64,000 nucleotides of DNA from Octopus vulgaris (taxonomy: Eukaryota), in contig OX597822.1 of assembly GCA_951406725.2 (NCBI GenBank), forward strand, positions 15,376,001 to 15,440,000. The letters run 5' to 3'. This document shows, piece by piece, positions 52,925 to 64,000 of this stretch; positions within the stretch are counted from its first letter, which is position 1, and the number at the start of each line of letters is the position of its first letter. The position numbers and the translations under genes were made by a program. The notes beneath the pieces are model-generated. The model did no database searches. It saw only the letters and a program-made list of their open reading frames with translations, and was not told the origin of the DNA.

Positions 52925-53108
52925 ATTATTGTCATCATAATTTACTCTTCGCTAAACCCACACAACGGTTTGACCGTTGTGAAACCACGATTTTCTACAA
53001 TTGAAGAATTTCGGCGTTGGCCCGGTACTGATATTGAGAATAGCCCAGAATTTGGGTGGAATGCTTCTTAAGAAATATCCCACCTTCATACTATACAAGC
53101 ATCTATGA

Positions 53109-53146
<38 letters not shown>

Positions 53147-53182
53147 ATACCAAGTAATTAAGGGTTTAGCAACGATTTGCCT

Positions 53183-53708
53183 CATCACACACCGAATTTA
53201 GAAATAGCAGTCTCCTCAGGGACATACAGCACCTCGAAAGAGTCCAGAGGCTGGCTACCCGCATGGTTCATGGTCTCAAAAATTTGTCCTACGAAGAAAA
53301 GCTGAGGACGCTCGACCTTTATTCTCTTGAAAAACGCCGCCGCCGTGGTGATCTCATTCTCGCCCACAACATCATAAGCGGGAAGTGTAACCTCTCGAAA
53401 GAGCTGTTCTTCACTCCTGCTCCGGAGCGTCGGCTGCGGGGTCATTCCGAAAAGCTCTACCTGCGACGATTTCATCTCAATCGAAGGAGAGGAGCTTTCT
53501 CCGTCCGGGTTGCGGATCCGTGGAACAAGCTGCCAGACGAGATGGTGAAGATGCCGACGACCGCTTTGTTCAAAGCCTCCCTGGACCTCAAGTGGCCTGA
53601 ACTCTTTACATGAACACCACCCTGTACTTAACTCCATGTCCCCCTACATGGCCTTGCTATTTGCTTTTGAGCCAAATTAACTAGCTAACTAACTAACTAA
53701 CTAACTAA
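53183..53708 (+). mobile_element. 5'-truncated CR1-clade LINE with (CTAA)n tail
   Basis: LERVQRLATRMVHGLKNLSYEEKLRTLDLYSLEKRRRRGDLI...LRGHSEKL...FSVRVADPWNKLP; short 3' UTR then CTAACTAACTAA. Confidence 0.88.
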
Positions 53709-53964
53709 GTTATAGCTATTCTTTCTACTAAAAGGGAGATCTCAGTAAAACCACAGCACTTGAAAGGCATATATATATATAAAATCTAGATAAAGTTAAA
53801 TTAATCTCTTCAGGCTTTTCTAGACTAAACTTTTGGTATTTAGTTTTCTAGGCTGATATTATTATTATTATGGCTAATACTATGGATGTCTTGTGCGCTT
53901 TACACTTTTGAGAAGTGACAAAACATATACCATAAATTTAGTTCTCTCATTTCTAACAGAGGAG

Positions 53965-54296
53965 GAGACCCCTTCGGTCATGAATGACCATGGGACTGCC
54001 CCTAGAAAGTTACCCTCCGAGGCACAAGTCAGGGCAAGATTGTTTGTGGAAGGCTAGCAGTCACCCATGCATACCAGACTCCCCTCTTCACACCACTGAT
54101 GTTATCCAAGGGAAAAGCAAAGGGGCCGATACAGCTTGGCACCAGTGATGTCGCAACTCATTTCTACAGCTGTGTTATCTGGAGCAACGTGAAATAAAGT
54201 GTCTTGCTCAAGAAGACAACATACAGCTCGGTCCAGGAATCGAACTCACAACCTCATGATCATAAGTTCTACACTCTAACCACTGAGCCATGCGCG
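53965..54296 (-). mobile_element. Full-length tRNA-headed SINE (third family)
   Basis: Minus head GCGCATGGCTCAGTGGTTAGAGTG (A box) and GAGTTCGATTCC (B box). Confidence 0.8.
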
Positions 54297-55864
54297 AATC
54301 AATATCCTTAGATTTTCAGGATTTGTGTCATCAGGACAAAGATAACGAGAGCGTAGGTCAAAATGATTTTTCAACATGTTCTCTCATCCTCTGTCTGTGT
54401 GTCTGTCTTGCGGTTTACCTGTTTTTCTATCTCACACACCCTATCTATCTATCGATCGATCGATTTGTCTATCTCTTTGACCGTCTGTCACTTTGTCTAT
54501 TTCTTTTTATGCCTTTCTGCACTTTCGTTTGAAATCTTACCTACAGCTTCATTGTTTTTCAGTCTTTAGTGGTCATGGAAATTTACTGCCAGTGCACAAT
54601 GGTTCAGTTGAGAATATTTCAGAAGCTAAAACGGGATGTCACACGGTATTTGCTCCGGACAATTTCTTTGGTCTATTGCTCAATCCAACGATAGCACTTG
54701 CGTGGTTTAGCGAAGTTCCCATTGCTGGAAGAGTTTTGGTCATTGCCGATGTCTTACTCCTCTTCTTTCTGAAGTCTCTGTGGCCATTGATATATAAGGT
54801 AACGAACACTGTTCACTGCCAAAGTATTCAATATTGATGCATTTTACGAAAATATCAACAAATACTTTGATGTAAGGTTAGACGGCTGTAATAATCGTGA
54901 AATCGTTTATGAGTTTTTATCGAATACTATATATAATGTCTCTGAAATTACATTTAATATTAAATTTACACAGCCTAGAATATTCTGATTATAAGAGGTA
55001 ACATTTTGAAATGGCTTTCGAAGTCTAGTTCGTGGTTATCCTGTTTAAACGTAAAGAATAATACTTAGCGTCTGTTAGAATACGACCGTACGTGAGGAGT
55101 TTCGGTGACATATTTCTCCTCTTGTTCAGCGCACGACTGCATCCCAACATAACATAACATAACATAATATAATATAATGTTATATAAGCCATAATACATG
55201 TTTATAAACAGTGCCAAGTATATGAAATAAGGACTCCAAAAACCGTTCTACTTTTATAAAGAGAAGATAGATTTTATTCACAGTGTACAAAGTGATTTGT
55301 TATTATTAGCGTAGTGCTGTGTCATGAATCCATGCTTATAATATTTGTGTCTGTGTGTTCGTGTGTGCGACAGAAGTACAGAAATAAGGTGTATCCAAAT
55401 ACAACAGAGCATGAGAGAAGTCGCAACATTTTGAGTTAAAATGAAGTTATTTTATCAGTTCATGTAGTACACGATAATGAGTTCTATACAAGATTTGAGT
55501 CTCAGAGCTGAGATTAGTTGAGTCACTTGTTGTGCATATTTTTCTCTTGATATAGATATTCTTTCAGATATATATACTGCAACTGTTTTTCCGTGGTGAG
55601 ATTTTCACACTAACAGCATGGGTTGAATCTGTATTTATCTTGTGTACAAGTTGAAATATTCGTAGATGGAGACGATGTTGGTGATGACGTTATGTCTGTC
55701 GCTGGTTTTCAATGGCGTCTTCATATTATGGTTGGCTTGGCTGTCGTCTGCCTTTCGAACTGGAACATGGTTGAGTAAGCTCTGTGTGGTCTTCGAACAA
55801 GACCTTAAAATATCTTAAGCCGAAAGACAGTGAATCGTGATATGATCAGCCTACTTAAAGAGTT

Positions 55865-55972
55865 AAGATGGCTCAAATGAAAAGCCCCATCCGAAAGCCG
55901 CGATTGGTCAGTTTACACACTGGCGCGAAATAAGTAGAGAGACAGACCGCGCTTAGATGCTGACCAATCAGA
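55865..55972. promoter_or_regulatory. Candidate RNA polymerase II promoter cluster (YY1-, NF-Y-, E2F-like sites)
   Basis: AAGATGGC 55865-55872; GATTGGTCAG 55902-55911; TGGCGCGAAA 55921-55930; CTGACCAATCAG 55960-55971; locally CpG-richer, not a recognised repeat. Confidence 0.4.
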
Positions 55973-56651
55973 ATAGTGGGCACAACAAGGTTAAACTAGC
56001 CAAAGATGTTTGTAATCTCAAATGAGATCATTCCTAATGTTTTTTCTGAAACAGTGAAGATAGCAATATTGCTACACGTCTATAAGAAATAAAACTCGTG
56101 GAGACGTTACATGGAAAAATAGAACATATATATCGCTTTAAAAAATCAGTTACTCTTCATTCCTCGCTAAAGCGAAGCCTGATTTTATCGTTTTTCTATT
56201 TCATTTGATTATTGAACCGTTGTGTTTTTGAAATAATTATTATTGTTGATATTATTTTTGTTTGATGTAATATTTTTATTTATTTATAATTTCTTGATAG
56301 TATTTTTTTACGTCCGATGTTTAATTGTTATAAAAGATTTTACGTTTTACATATCATTTAATTTGAGAATTTATAATGGTTAAACTTTATTTCTTATTAC
56401 AATTAGATAATATTTTCATTAAATAGTACTTTTTTAAAAATAAACTAGTTTTTATTTTAATATAATGTTTATGTTTAACTTTTTATCGTGCGATATATTA
56501 AATCTATAGATTTTATACATGGATATTAATATAACGAGTTTATATAATGGATTAGAGTGTATTTGTAGTTTTTCAAAGTTTTGATTGTATTTTCATGAAT
56601 GAAATTGATTGAGTTGATTAATTAGACGCTTACCGTTTTAAAATCTAGATA

Positions 56652-57752
56652 CGAGGGGCGTTCAATAAGTAATGCCTCTGACCCACTTGCAGTTGTTTGA
56701 TCTAGCTGAAAATTAACATGTGCAATTATTTATATCTCTATAGATGAAGTGGCAAATTACAGCTCTGAACTAATTGTGGTTTCTGATATACAGGTGTTTG
56801 AACTGAGTCAAGTGTGAAATGGAGCATGTTGAGTGTCGAGCAGTGATCCGGTGATCCGGCTGCCATTTTGGAAGATCGACGCATAACTATTCGCCAAATA
56901 GCCCATGAGGTCAAGTTTAGTACCGGGTCTGTGGAAACTATCATTCATGACCATTTGCATATGCAAAAGGTGTCTGCCAGATGGATTCCCAGGTTGCTCA
57001 CACCTTTCCAGAAGCAAGAACGCGTCGAGTGCTCGAGGATGAATTTGGAGATGTGCCAAGAAGATGAGTCAAAATTTTTCAAAAGACTGATTACACAGGA
57101 TGAAACCTGGGTCCATCACTATGATCCAGAGACCAAAGCCCAGTCAATGCAGTGGAAGCACCGTGACTCACCTCCTCCAAGGAAGGCAAGGGTGCAGCCC
57201 TCCGCTGGCAAGGTCATGCTCACAGTCGTCTGGGACCAGAACGGAGTAGTGATGACAGATTTCCTGGCAAAGGGTACCACAATTACAGGAGCCTATTATG
57301 CTTCACTTTTGAGGAAATTAAGAGAAGCTATCAAAATCAAGAGGCGGGGCAAGATCAGCAAAGGCATCCTCCTCCTGCAGGACAACGCTCCGGTCTACAA
57401 CTCGTGTGTTGCCAGAGCAGAAGCACAGGCGTGCGGCTATGAACTCCTCCCCCGTACCCCTACTCTCCTGACCTTGCACCCTCTGATTTTCACCTCTTCC
57501 CAGCCATGAAGTTGTTTTTGAAAGGAAAGCGTTTCCCAGATGATGCAGCCTTGATTTCTGAAGTCACGTCGTGGTTGGAGGACCAAGTTGGGGTCTTCTA
57601 CAAAAACGGTCTCCAGAGTTGCATCAAACGATGGAAGAAATGTGTAACTCTGAGTGGTTCCTATGTAGAAAAAGACTAATAACTGTGCCAAGTTTCGTTG
57701 CTCTACTGCTATGGGAAGTGGGTCAGGGGCATTACTTATTGAACGCCCCTCG
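56652..57752 (+). mobile_element. Mariner DNA transposon with internal deletion
   Basis: 37-bp TIRs CGAGGGGCGTTCAATAAGTAATGCC(T/C)CTGACCCACTT with 1 mismatch; TA duplication at 56650-56651 and 57753-57754. Confidence 0.95.
56819..57679 (+). pseudogene. Mariner transposase (DDD), N-terminal HTH deleted, frameshift near 57455
   Basis: MEHVECRAVIR then jump; WIPRLL, ITQDETWVHHYDPE, LLQDNAP, PYSPDLAPSDFHLF in the shifted frame. Confidence 0.9.
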
Positions 57753-57995
57753 TAGATTAATCAGAATCGTTGAACATAGTAATTTAGTTTGCTTATTAAT
57801 ATTAGTTAGTTCTTGCTATTATTTTGACATTAATCGCTTTTATTATTGTTAATAATATTGACAGGTTTGGTAGACGACTGGTGATTGTGATTGTACATCT
57901 TCATAGTATATTGTTCTTTGGTTTGAATATTTTAGCACCTTTCTTGATATTGGGGTTGATAGGTTTCTTACTTTCCATTAACATATTATTCTCGC

Positions 57996-58049
<54 letters not shown>

Positions 58050-58367
58050 TTATTTATAATATATTATACTAGTTATTGATATATAGGTGGATTATGTATT
58101 TGTAATACTAAATTGAAGTTAATTAGGTATTATATTATTTGATATTTAGTCTATTTTGTTATAGTTTGTTATATTAAATCTAAAGATACTACAATGTATA
58201 TTTATTATATGGTTAGCTTATGTAAGGAATTTGTCTAAATTTGACACATTTCTTATTTTGATTACAATTTAATGACTTGTAATAGATATGTGTATTTTAT
58301 TTAATTTTAAAGTATTTAATTATTGAAGTATTATTTTATTTTTCAGTTATGTATACTTAGAATTTTC

Positions 58368-58421
<54 letters not shown>

Positions 58422-58460
58422 TAAAGTATATTTATTAATTAATTGCTCTATTATATTTTT

Positions 58461-58533
58461 AACCTGATGAGCGACTATATTTATATGCAAGTGATAATCA
58501 TTTCTTAAATATAGCAGCGAAACACGTGTCATT
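58461..58533 (+). ncRNA. Type I hammerhead with intact core in an AT-rich element between (TA)n tracts (~58410-58685)
   Basis: AAC [CTGATGA] GC-ga-CTATATTTA...TAAATATAG-ca-GC [GAAA] C-ACGT-G [TC] ATT; palindromic ACACGTGT stem III; first stem I pair mismatched. Confidence 0.75.
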
Positions 58534-58819
58534 TTTCTACCTATTATATACATTATATTATTTTTGTAATTTACTTTTTAATTGTTATTTTAATTTTAAC
58601 TTTTCTATTATGTGTAATTTTCTAGATGGTGTAATTTAATTATTCAATATTGAATTGATAAAAGGTGTTTTTTCAAATATTCTATATATGTATATATATA
58701 TGTATATATATACATGTATATATATACATGTATATATGTATATATATATATATGTATATATATACATGTATATATGTGTATGTGTATATATATATATATG
58801 TATAAATCATTAAATCCTT

Positions 58820-60240
58820 TAAAATGTTTCACCCAGAGGGCTGCGGCCATGCTGGGGCACCACCGCTGAATGAGCTACACTAATATGTGAATCCACCTCT
58901 GATACGTGGCACTTGATCAGCAAGGGAGTTCGATGCCGCTGCCCGCATTTGTGTCTCCTGTCGTGAGGTAGGTTCATCTGGGACCCTCGACAAGAAGCGA
59001 TCCAGTTTAGTTTTAAAGAAACCCACATCCACACCATGCAAGTCTCTTATGTTAAAGAGCTGTGGTCCTCTGAAACCCAAGCTGTTACAGTATCTGGTCC
59101 TGTATTTTGATGGTGATGTTGGAATCTTTGGCACCATGCAGTGGCGCCCCGTTCTGCGGTTAGAGTAACTTTGAATGCCAAAGTTTGGGACAAGATCCTC
59201 CAGGATTTTCCAGACGTATATCACCACATATCTCTCCCGCCTTCACTCTAGGGAGAAGAGTTCTAATAAGTTCAGTCTTTCCCAATAGATCTGTTGCATT
59301 GAGACGATCTTCTTTGTGTAGCTTCTTTGAATTGCTTCGGGTTCTGCTGTTAGTTTTACATTGTGTGGTGACCATAGTTGGGAGCAGTAGTCCAAGCGGC
59401 TGAGGACAAAAGTTTTCCACAGGACCATCAGTGTCTCCTTCTCTCTTGTTCTGAAAGTTCGGAGAATCCACCCAGCTAGCCGTCTGCATTTTGTCACCAA
59501 ATTAGTAATATGCACTTGGAAGGGCCACTATGAACAGCAGTGGCCCCAAGACAGTGACCTGTGGAACACCGCTTGTTATTTGTGTTTCCTTGGAGGTGGC
59601 TCCAATGGTCACAACTGCCTACCTTCTATCTTTTAGGAAGTTGTGCAGTTTTCCGCCTATGCCGAGACCACGCAGTTTGTGATAAATCATACCGTGGTCG
59701 ACTTTATCAAAGGCTTTTGCAAAGTCGAGATATATCACATCAACATTTGAGCCAGTTAGTAGCTGTTTTAACACCCAGTCATAGTGTTGCAGGAACTGTG
59801 TTAGGCAGCTTCTACCTGGTTGAAATCCATGCTGGTTGTCAGTCAGCAAGTCATTTTCTTCAAGGATCATGATTAGTTTCTTGCGGACTATTTGTTCCAT
59901 GAATTTGCTGATGTGTGAGGTCAGAGAGATAGGCCTATAATTTTTAGCGTCTGCTCTGCTACCTCCCTTATGGATAGGGCATATTACCCCCTCTTTCAAT
60001 TTGACTGGGAGCTTACCACTTGCAAGAAAGCTCTGAAAAAGAAACTGTAGCGGTTTTACAAGGGGTCGTTTTCACGATTTGAGAAGGATCGCTGGAAATC
60101 CATCAGGTCCAGCAGCTTAGTTTGTGTCAATCTCATCAATGGCTAGTGTAATATCATCATCTTCAATGCTGATGTACTCAATTTTCGCCTCTTTGGCCGC
60201 AGGTAAAGTGGCAAAGAATTCTTCTGGGTTGTTTACTGAG
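58820..60240 (-). mobile_element. CR1-type LINE, 5'-truncated and internally deleted
   Basis: YRPISLTSHISKFME, QHGF, YLDFAKAFDKVDH, SGVPQVTVLGPLLFI, SRLDYCSQLWSP; 3' tail GGTGGTGCCCCAGCATGGCCGCAG...TGAAAC. Confidence 0.88.
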
Positions 60241-60250
60241 TTATTATATA

Positions 60251-60305
<55 letters not shown>

Positions 60306-60391
60306 AAGGGTGGAAAGGAAGACACGAGTTGATATATATAAAAAACAAGTCAAAAATAGAAAATGCTAAGATAATTTTATAGTGAATATTT

Positions 60392-60429
60392 CAGTACCGG
60401 TTTCGGGCATTTTGAGACCTTTTCAACTG
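60392..60429 (-). ncRNA. U3:A8 variant hammerhead, left arm
   Basis: Minus: CAG TTGAAAA GGTC-tcaaaat-GCCC GAAA CCGG TA CTG. Confidence 0.7.
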
Positions 60430-60668
60430 TAACGATTAAATAATTAAATTTAGGAAAATTAGAAGAAAAGTTTTTTTAAAAGAATATTTCTGTAGTAGTG
60501 TTCAGATATAAGTAGCATTCTGCCTTTCTCTGACTCCCTTGTTTGCACAAGTGCAAACAAGGGAGTCAGAGAAAGGCAGAATGCTACTTATATCTGAACA
60601 CTACTACAGAAATATTCTTTAAAAAAACTTTTCTTCTAATTTTCCTAAATTTAATTATTTAATCGTTA

Positions 60669-60706
60669 CAGTTGAAAAGGTCTCAAAATGCCCGAAACCG
60701 GTACTG
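60669..60706 (+). ncRNA. U3:A8 variant hammerhead, right arm
   Basis: CAG TTGAAAA GGTC-tcaaaat-GCCC GAAA CCGG TA CTG. Confidence 0.7.
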
Positions 60707-60755
60707 AAATATTCACTATAAAATTATCTTAGCATTTTCTATTTTTGACTTGTTT

Positions 60756-60798
<43 letters not shown>

Positions 60799-60809
60799 TG
60801 TGTGTGTTT

Positions 60810-60997
60810 GAACCCAGAAGATACACGGTTACGACCACAAAGATTTTGGCCAAATATAAGCCCTACACCAACGGCAGCGGAAAGTGCGGTCTATGCGACA
60901 TGGACAGATGGCTTATCTGGAAAAGCAGCGTCGACCCTACTACATGTCTAAACTCAAGGACAGAACTTTTCGGATCATGCCCATATGTGACAAAATT

Positions 60998-60998
<1 letters not shown>
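60810..60998 (+). mobile_element. PLE endonuclease C-terminal fragment (inverted copy of ~62330-62515)
   Basis: KILAKYKPYTNGSGKCGLCDMDRWLIWK...CLNSRTELFGSCPY. Confidence 0.75.
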
Positions 60999-61048
<50 letters not shown>

Positions 61049-61054
61049 TTGAGT

Positions 61055-61252
61055 GTCTGTGTTTGTCCCCCTAGCATTGCTTGACAACCGATGCTGGTGT
61101 GTTTACGTCCCCGTCACTTAGCGGTTCGGCAAAAGAGACCGATTGAATAAGTACTGGGCTTACAAAGAATAAGTCCTGGGCTCGACTAAAGGCGGTGCTC
61201 CAGCATGGCCGCAGTCAAATGACTGAAGCAAGTGAAAGAGTAAAAGAGTAAA

Positions 61253-61255
<3 letters not shown>
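61055..61255 (+). mobile_element. SINE 3' half (family of 19441)
   Basis: Near-identical to 19920-20130. Confidence 0.8.
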
Positions 61256-61305
<50 letters not shown>

Positions 61306-61345
61306 GTGTATATGTATATATGTATATATATATGAATATATATGC

Positions 61346-61376
<31 letters not shown>

Positions 61377-61398
61377 TGTATATATATATGTATGTATA

Positions 61399-61440
<42 letters not shown>

Positions 61441-61443
<3 letters not shown>

Positions 61444-62608
61444 GTAAAATAATATGTGACACTTATTCAATAGCCAAAATAAAACTCTGAGTTTCAAATG
61501 CCGAGGTGGAAATCCACAACACCATCTCTTCAGTTATCTGGCCATCTGTAAAACTCTATGAAAAAAGGCCATTATACAATGGGAAATTACTGTGTTATAA
61601 TTCCGCTACTTATATAAAAGCGCTGATCCAATGACCGCTAATTAAAATAAGGTTAAAAGTTCATAGTAAACACGTAAGCATACCTACTCATACGCACACA
61701 CATGCGCACGTATACGCCACTTTACTCGCATTTTTCGCCAAATGTATACGCATATATATACAAACTCATACACACACGTGCGCACCGTAAAAGTTCATAC
61801 ATACGTCTATATACGCAGAAGCACAAGAAAAAAATGGTTAAAGGTAATAATACAGAAAAAAAGCAACAAAGCAGAAAAAAACATAAGGAAGGATACAAAG
61901 CGTAAAACTACGTTCATATACAAACATGCCCTTATGCACGCACACAAACACTCGCCCATATATGTACATACCCGCACATGTTTATATACGCATACACACA
62001 CACGCATACAGAAAAAAATAGATTATACATACGCCCCAAAATAACGAAAAAATTGTAAAAATACTGAGTAAAACCGTCTATGTATATGTATTCTTATGCC
62101 CGCGCATACGCACACATCTGCATACGTACACATCCGTCCACTCATACATATTCACACACGCGTACAAATGAATCAATATACACGTCTATATAGGCACAAG
62201 AAAAAATGCAAGATGGAAGAGTACAGAAACAATTATTATGTGTAAAAATATAAAAATATATGAAAAAATAAAAGGTATAATGAGATAAAAAAAACTTCTT
62301 TGGACATAATATAGAAAGCAAGCAAAAATTTTGGTACATGTGGGCATGATCCGAAAAGTTCTGTCCTTGAGTTTAGACATGTAGTAGGGTCTAAGCTGCT
62401 TTTTCAGATAAGCCATCTTTCCATGTCGCATAGACCGCACTTTCCGCTGCCGTTGGTGTAGGGCTTATATTTGGCCAAAATCTTTATGGTCGTAACCATG
62501 TATTTTCTGGGTTCGATCCTTCCACACAGCGTCTGCCAAATCACATCATTCAACCCAGAAATAGGCCGAACAATCGAGTAAAGTCTCGATGTTGTCCAAG
62601 CTCGTTTT
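61441..62608 (-). mobile_element. PLE 3' remnant: endonuclease C-terminus, long 3' region, hammerhead-bearing end at (TA)n
   Basis: KILAKYKPYTNGSGKCGLCDMERWLI*...LNSRTELFGSCPH at 62330-62500; hammerhead on the same strand at 61473-61543; plus-strand partial copy at 63368-63491. Confidence 0.65.
61473..61543 (-). ncRNA. Type I hammerhead with branched stem II
   Basis: Minus: GCCAGATAA [CTGAAGA] GATG...GTGGA-tt-TCCAC...CATTT [GAAA] CTC-A-GAG [TT] TTATTTTGGC; stem I GCCAGATAA/TTATTTTGGC. Confidence 0.7.
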
Positions 62609-62647
62609 ACACACACACAAAGACACACAGACACACACACACACAAA

Positions 62648-62921
62648 CATATATATATATACATGAGAAATTACGATAACTACAAGATTTTCTCATTTAT
62701 CATTATATATATGAAGTCTATCATGTGTGTTCGTACAGATGTAGGGTTGCAGCTGCTAAGTTTAGAGCTTTACGCTAATGATCTTCATCTATTCTGCTTC
62801 CACATCTGCACTTGGGACATCAATTGCTGATTTCCAAACGTCCACTCTGGGGAAGTCTACGTAACAACAAATGATAACATCTTGTAGTTATTGTAATTTC
62901 TCATGTATATATATATATATG
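62648..62921. repeat. Inverted repeat element (~50-bp arms ending in TA repeats) with a possible decayed hammerhead
   Basis: TACATGAGAAATTACGATAACTACAAGAT versus ATCTTGTAGTTATTGTAATTTCTCATGTA; inside TTACG CTAATGA TCTTC...GAAGT..CGTAA (62770-62864) lacking GAAA. Confidence 0.7.
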
Positions 62922-63315
62922 CGAAAAAGCCCGCCATTTTCATAGATATGTAAGGATAAACATTCGTACATGCTACGACGAATTCTACGGTTGGCTATCG
63001 AGTTTGTAATGTTATGTTTTTTCTTATATTTCTTGAGTTTGTTGCATTAAATGCGAAATCACATGTGATATGTAACTGAATTCTTTTTTAAAATGATGTG
63101 TTTTGAAGTTTTGCATTCGGTAAAATTTTGTTTATTTTTAGTAGTTTTGACCGCATTGGTCCCTCTTAGCGTGTTGGTATCTACGAATAGTAGTACCCTC
63201 AATATAATATAAATGAATATTTTCAAAGAGGAAGAATTTACGGATTTTTTCTCTTACGAGGTTTTTCACGCTGACTACTGATAATTTCTTTTAAAGATTT
63301 TATCCTCAATTGTTA

Positions 63316-63352
<37 letters not shown>

Positions 63353-64000
63353 TGTGTGTGTGTATACAACGAGCTTGGGCTAAATCGAGACTTTACTCGA
63401 TTTTTCGGCCTGTTTCTGGGATGAATGATCCGATTTGGCAGACGCTGTGTGGAAGGATCGAACCCAGAAAATACACGGTTACGACCACAAAGAGCATTCA
63501 TAGTGATCTAAATATATGGCAAATATACGTGCCACCATGGCTTACATGTGCAATATCTGATATAGTAATGTTTACCTTCCGTAAACGCTTGTAAGCATTG
63601 GTATATTACGACACCGATATATGTAGTCAACGTGGTACCTATTGGTTTGGACAAGAAGAAATTTAACGTTATTCCCGTAAGAATATTTGAGTTTAATTTA
63701 TTTGTAAGTACAAGATATGTGAGTTACTGAATGTTGCTTTATCAAAACAGACATCACTTCTAGAAGTTTATATACAAAGAATCATCAATTTACGTCAATG
63801 CGAAAATATAACACCACTTCAAAGACTATTACACCTTATAAAATGGAGGTATAATTGTTTTGAAATTAGGTAAATAAGCAAATGAATATATTCTAATATT
63901 TATACAGGTAATGTTGTCGTGGTTCTATTGCTTGCAACAAGAAATAGTAATAACAATTGATGTCATAAGTAACTGTTATAGACTATCCACAAAAGAAACA

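Larger units (their letters stand above)
60301..60768. mobile_element. Non-coding palindromic Penelope derivative (two inverted pLTR ends, ~217-bp arms, 2-nt loop) in (TA)n
   Basis: Centre GTTTGCAC-AA-GTGCAAAC at 60541-60558; arms match the pLTRs at 25503-25705 and 29403-29620; one-sided extension 60301-60331. Confidence 0.92.

Noticed and set aside
62404-62406. In-frame TGA in the PLE endonuclease fragment as possible selenocysteine
   Set aside because: The sister copy at ~60918 has TGG (Trp) here, so a nonsense mutation is simpler

Overview
AT-rich, microsatellite-saturated eukaryotic DNA. The SINE, microsatellite and transposon style suggests a coleoid cephalopod such as octopus, which is inferred from repeat style only. 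I cannot confidently identify an intact host protein-coding gene, and most ORF-track entries are microsatellite artefacts. The window holds a full-length decayed Tx1-clade LINE with a 14-bp TSD, a Penelope-like element (RT + GIY-YIG) with inverted pseudo-LTRs, several Helitrons, mariner/Tc1 elements, CR1-type LINE remnants and many tRNA-headed SINEs. The main hidden signal is RNA structure: about 17 type I hammerhead-ribozyme motifs (intact, variant or decayed, from several unrelated families) on both strands. They occur (i) in a ~355-bp retrozyme-like unit integrated as ~1.25 turns, which lies inside a Helitron and is itself the insertion site of the Tx1 LINE, (ii) in Penelope pLTRs as a U3:A8 core variant, and (iii) in small palindromic twin-ribozyme elements next to (TA)n tracts. 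All folds and alignments were done by eye.
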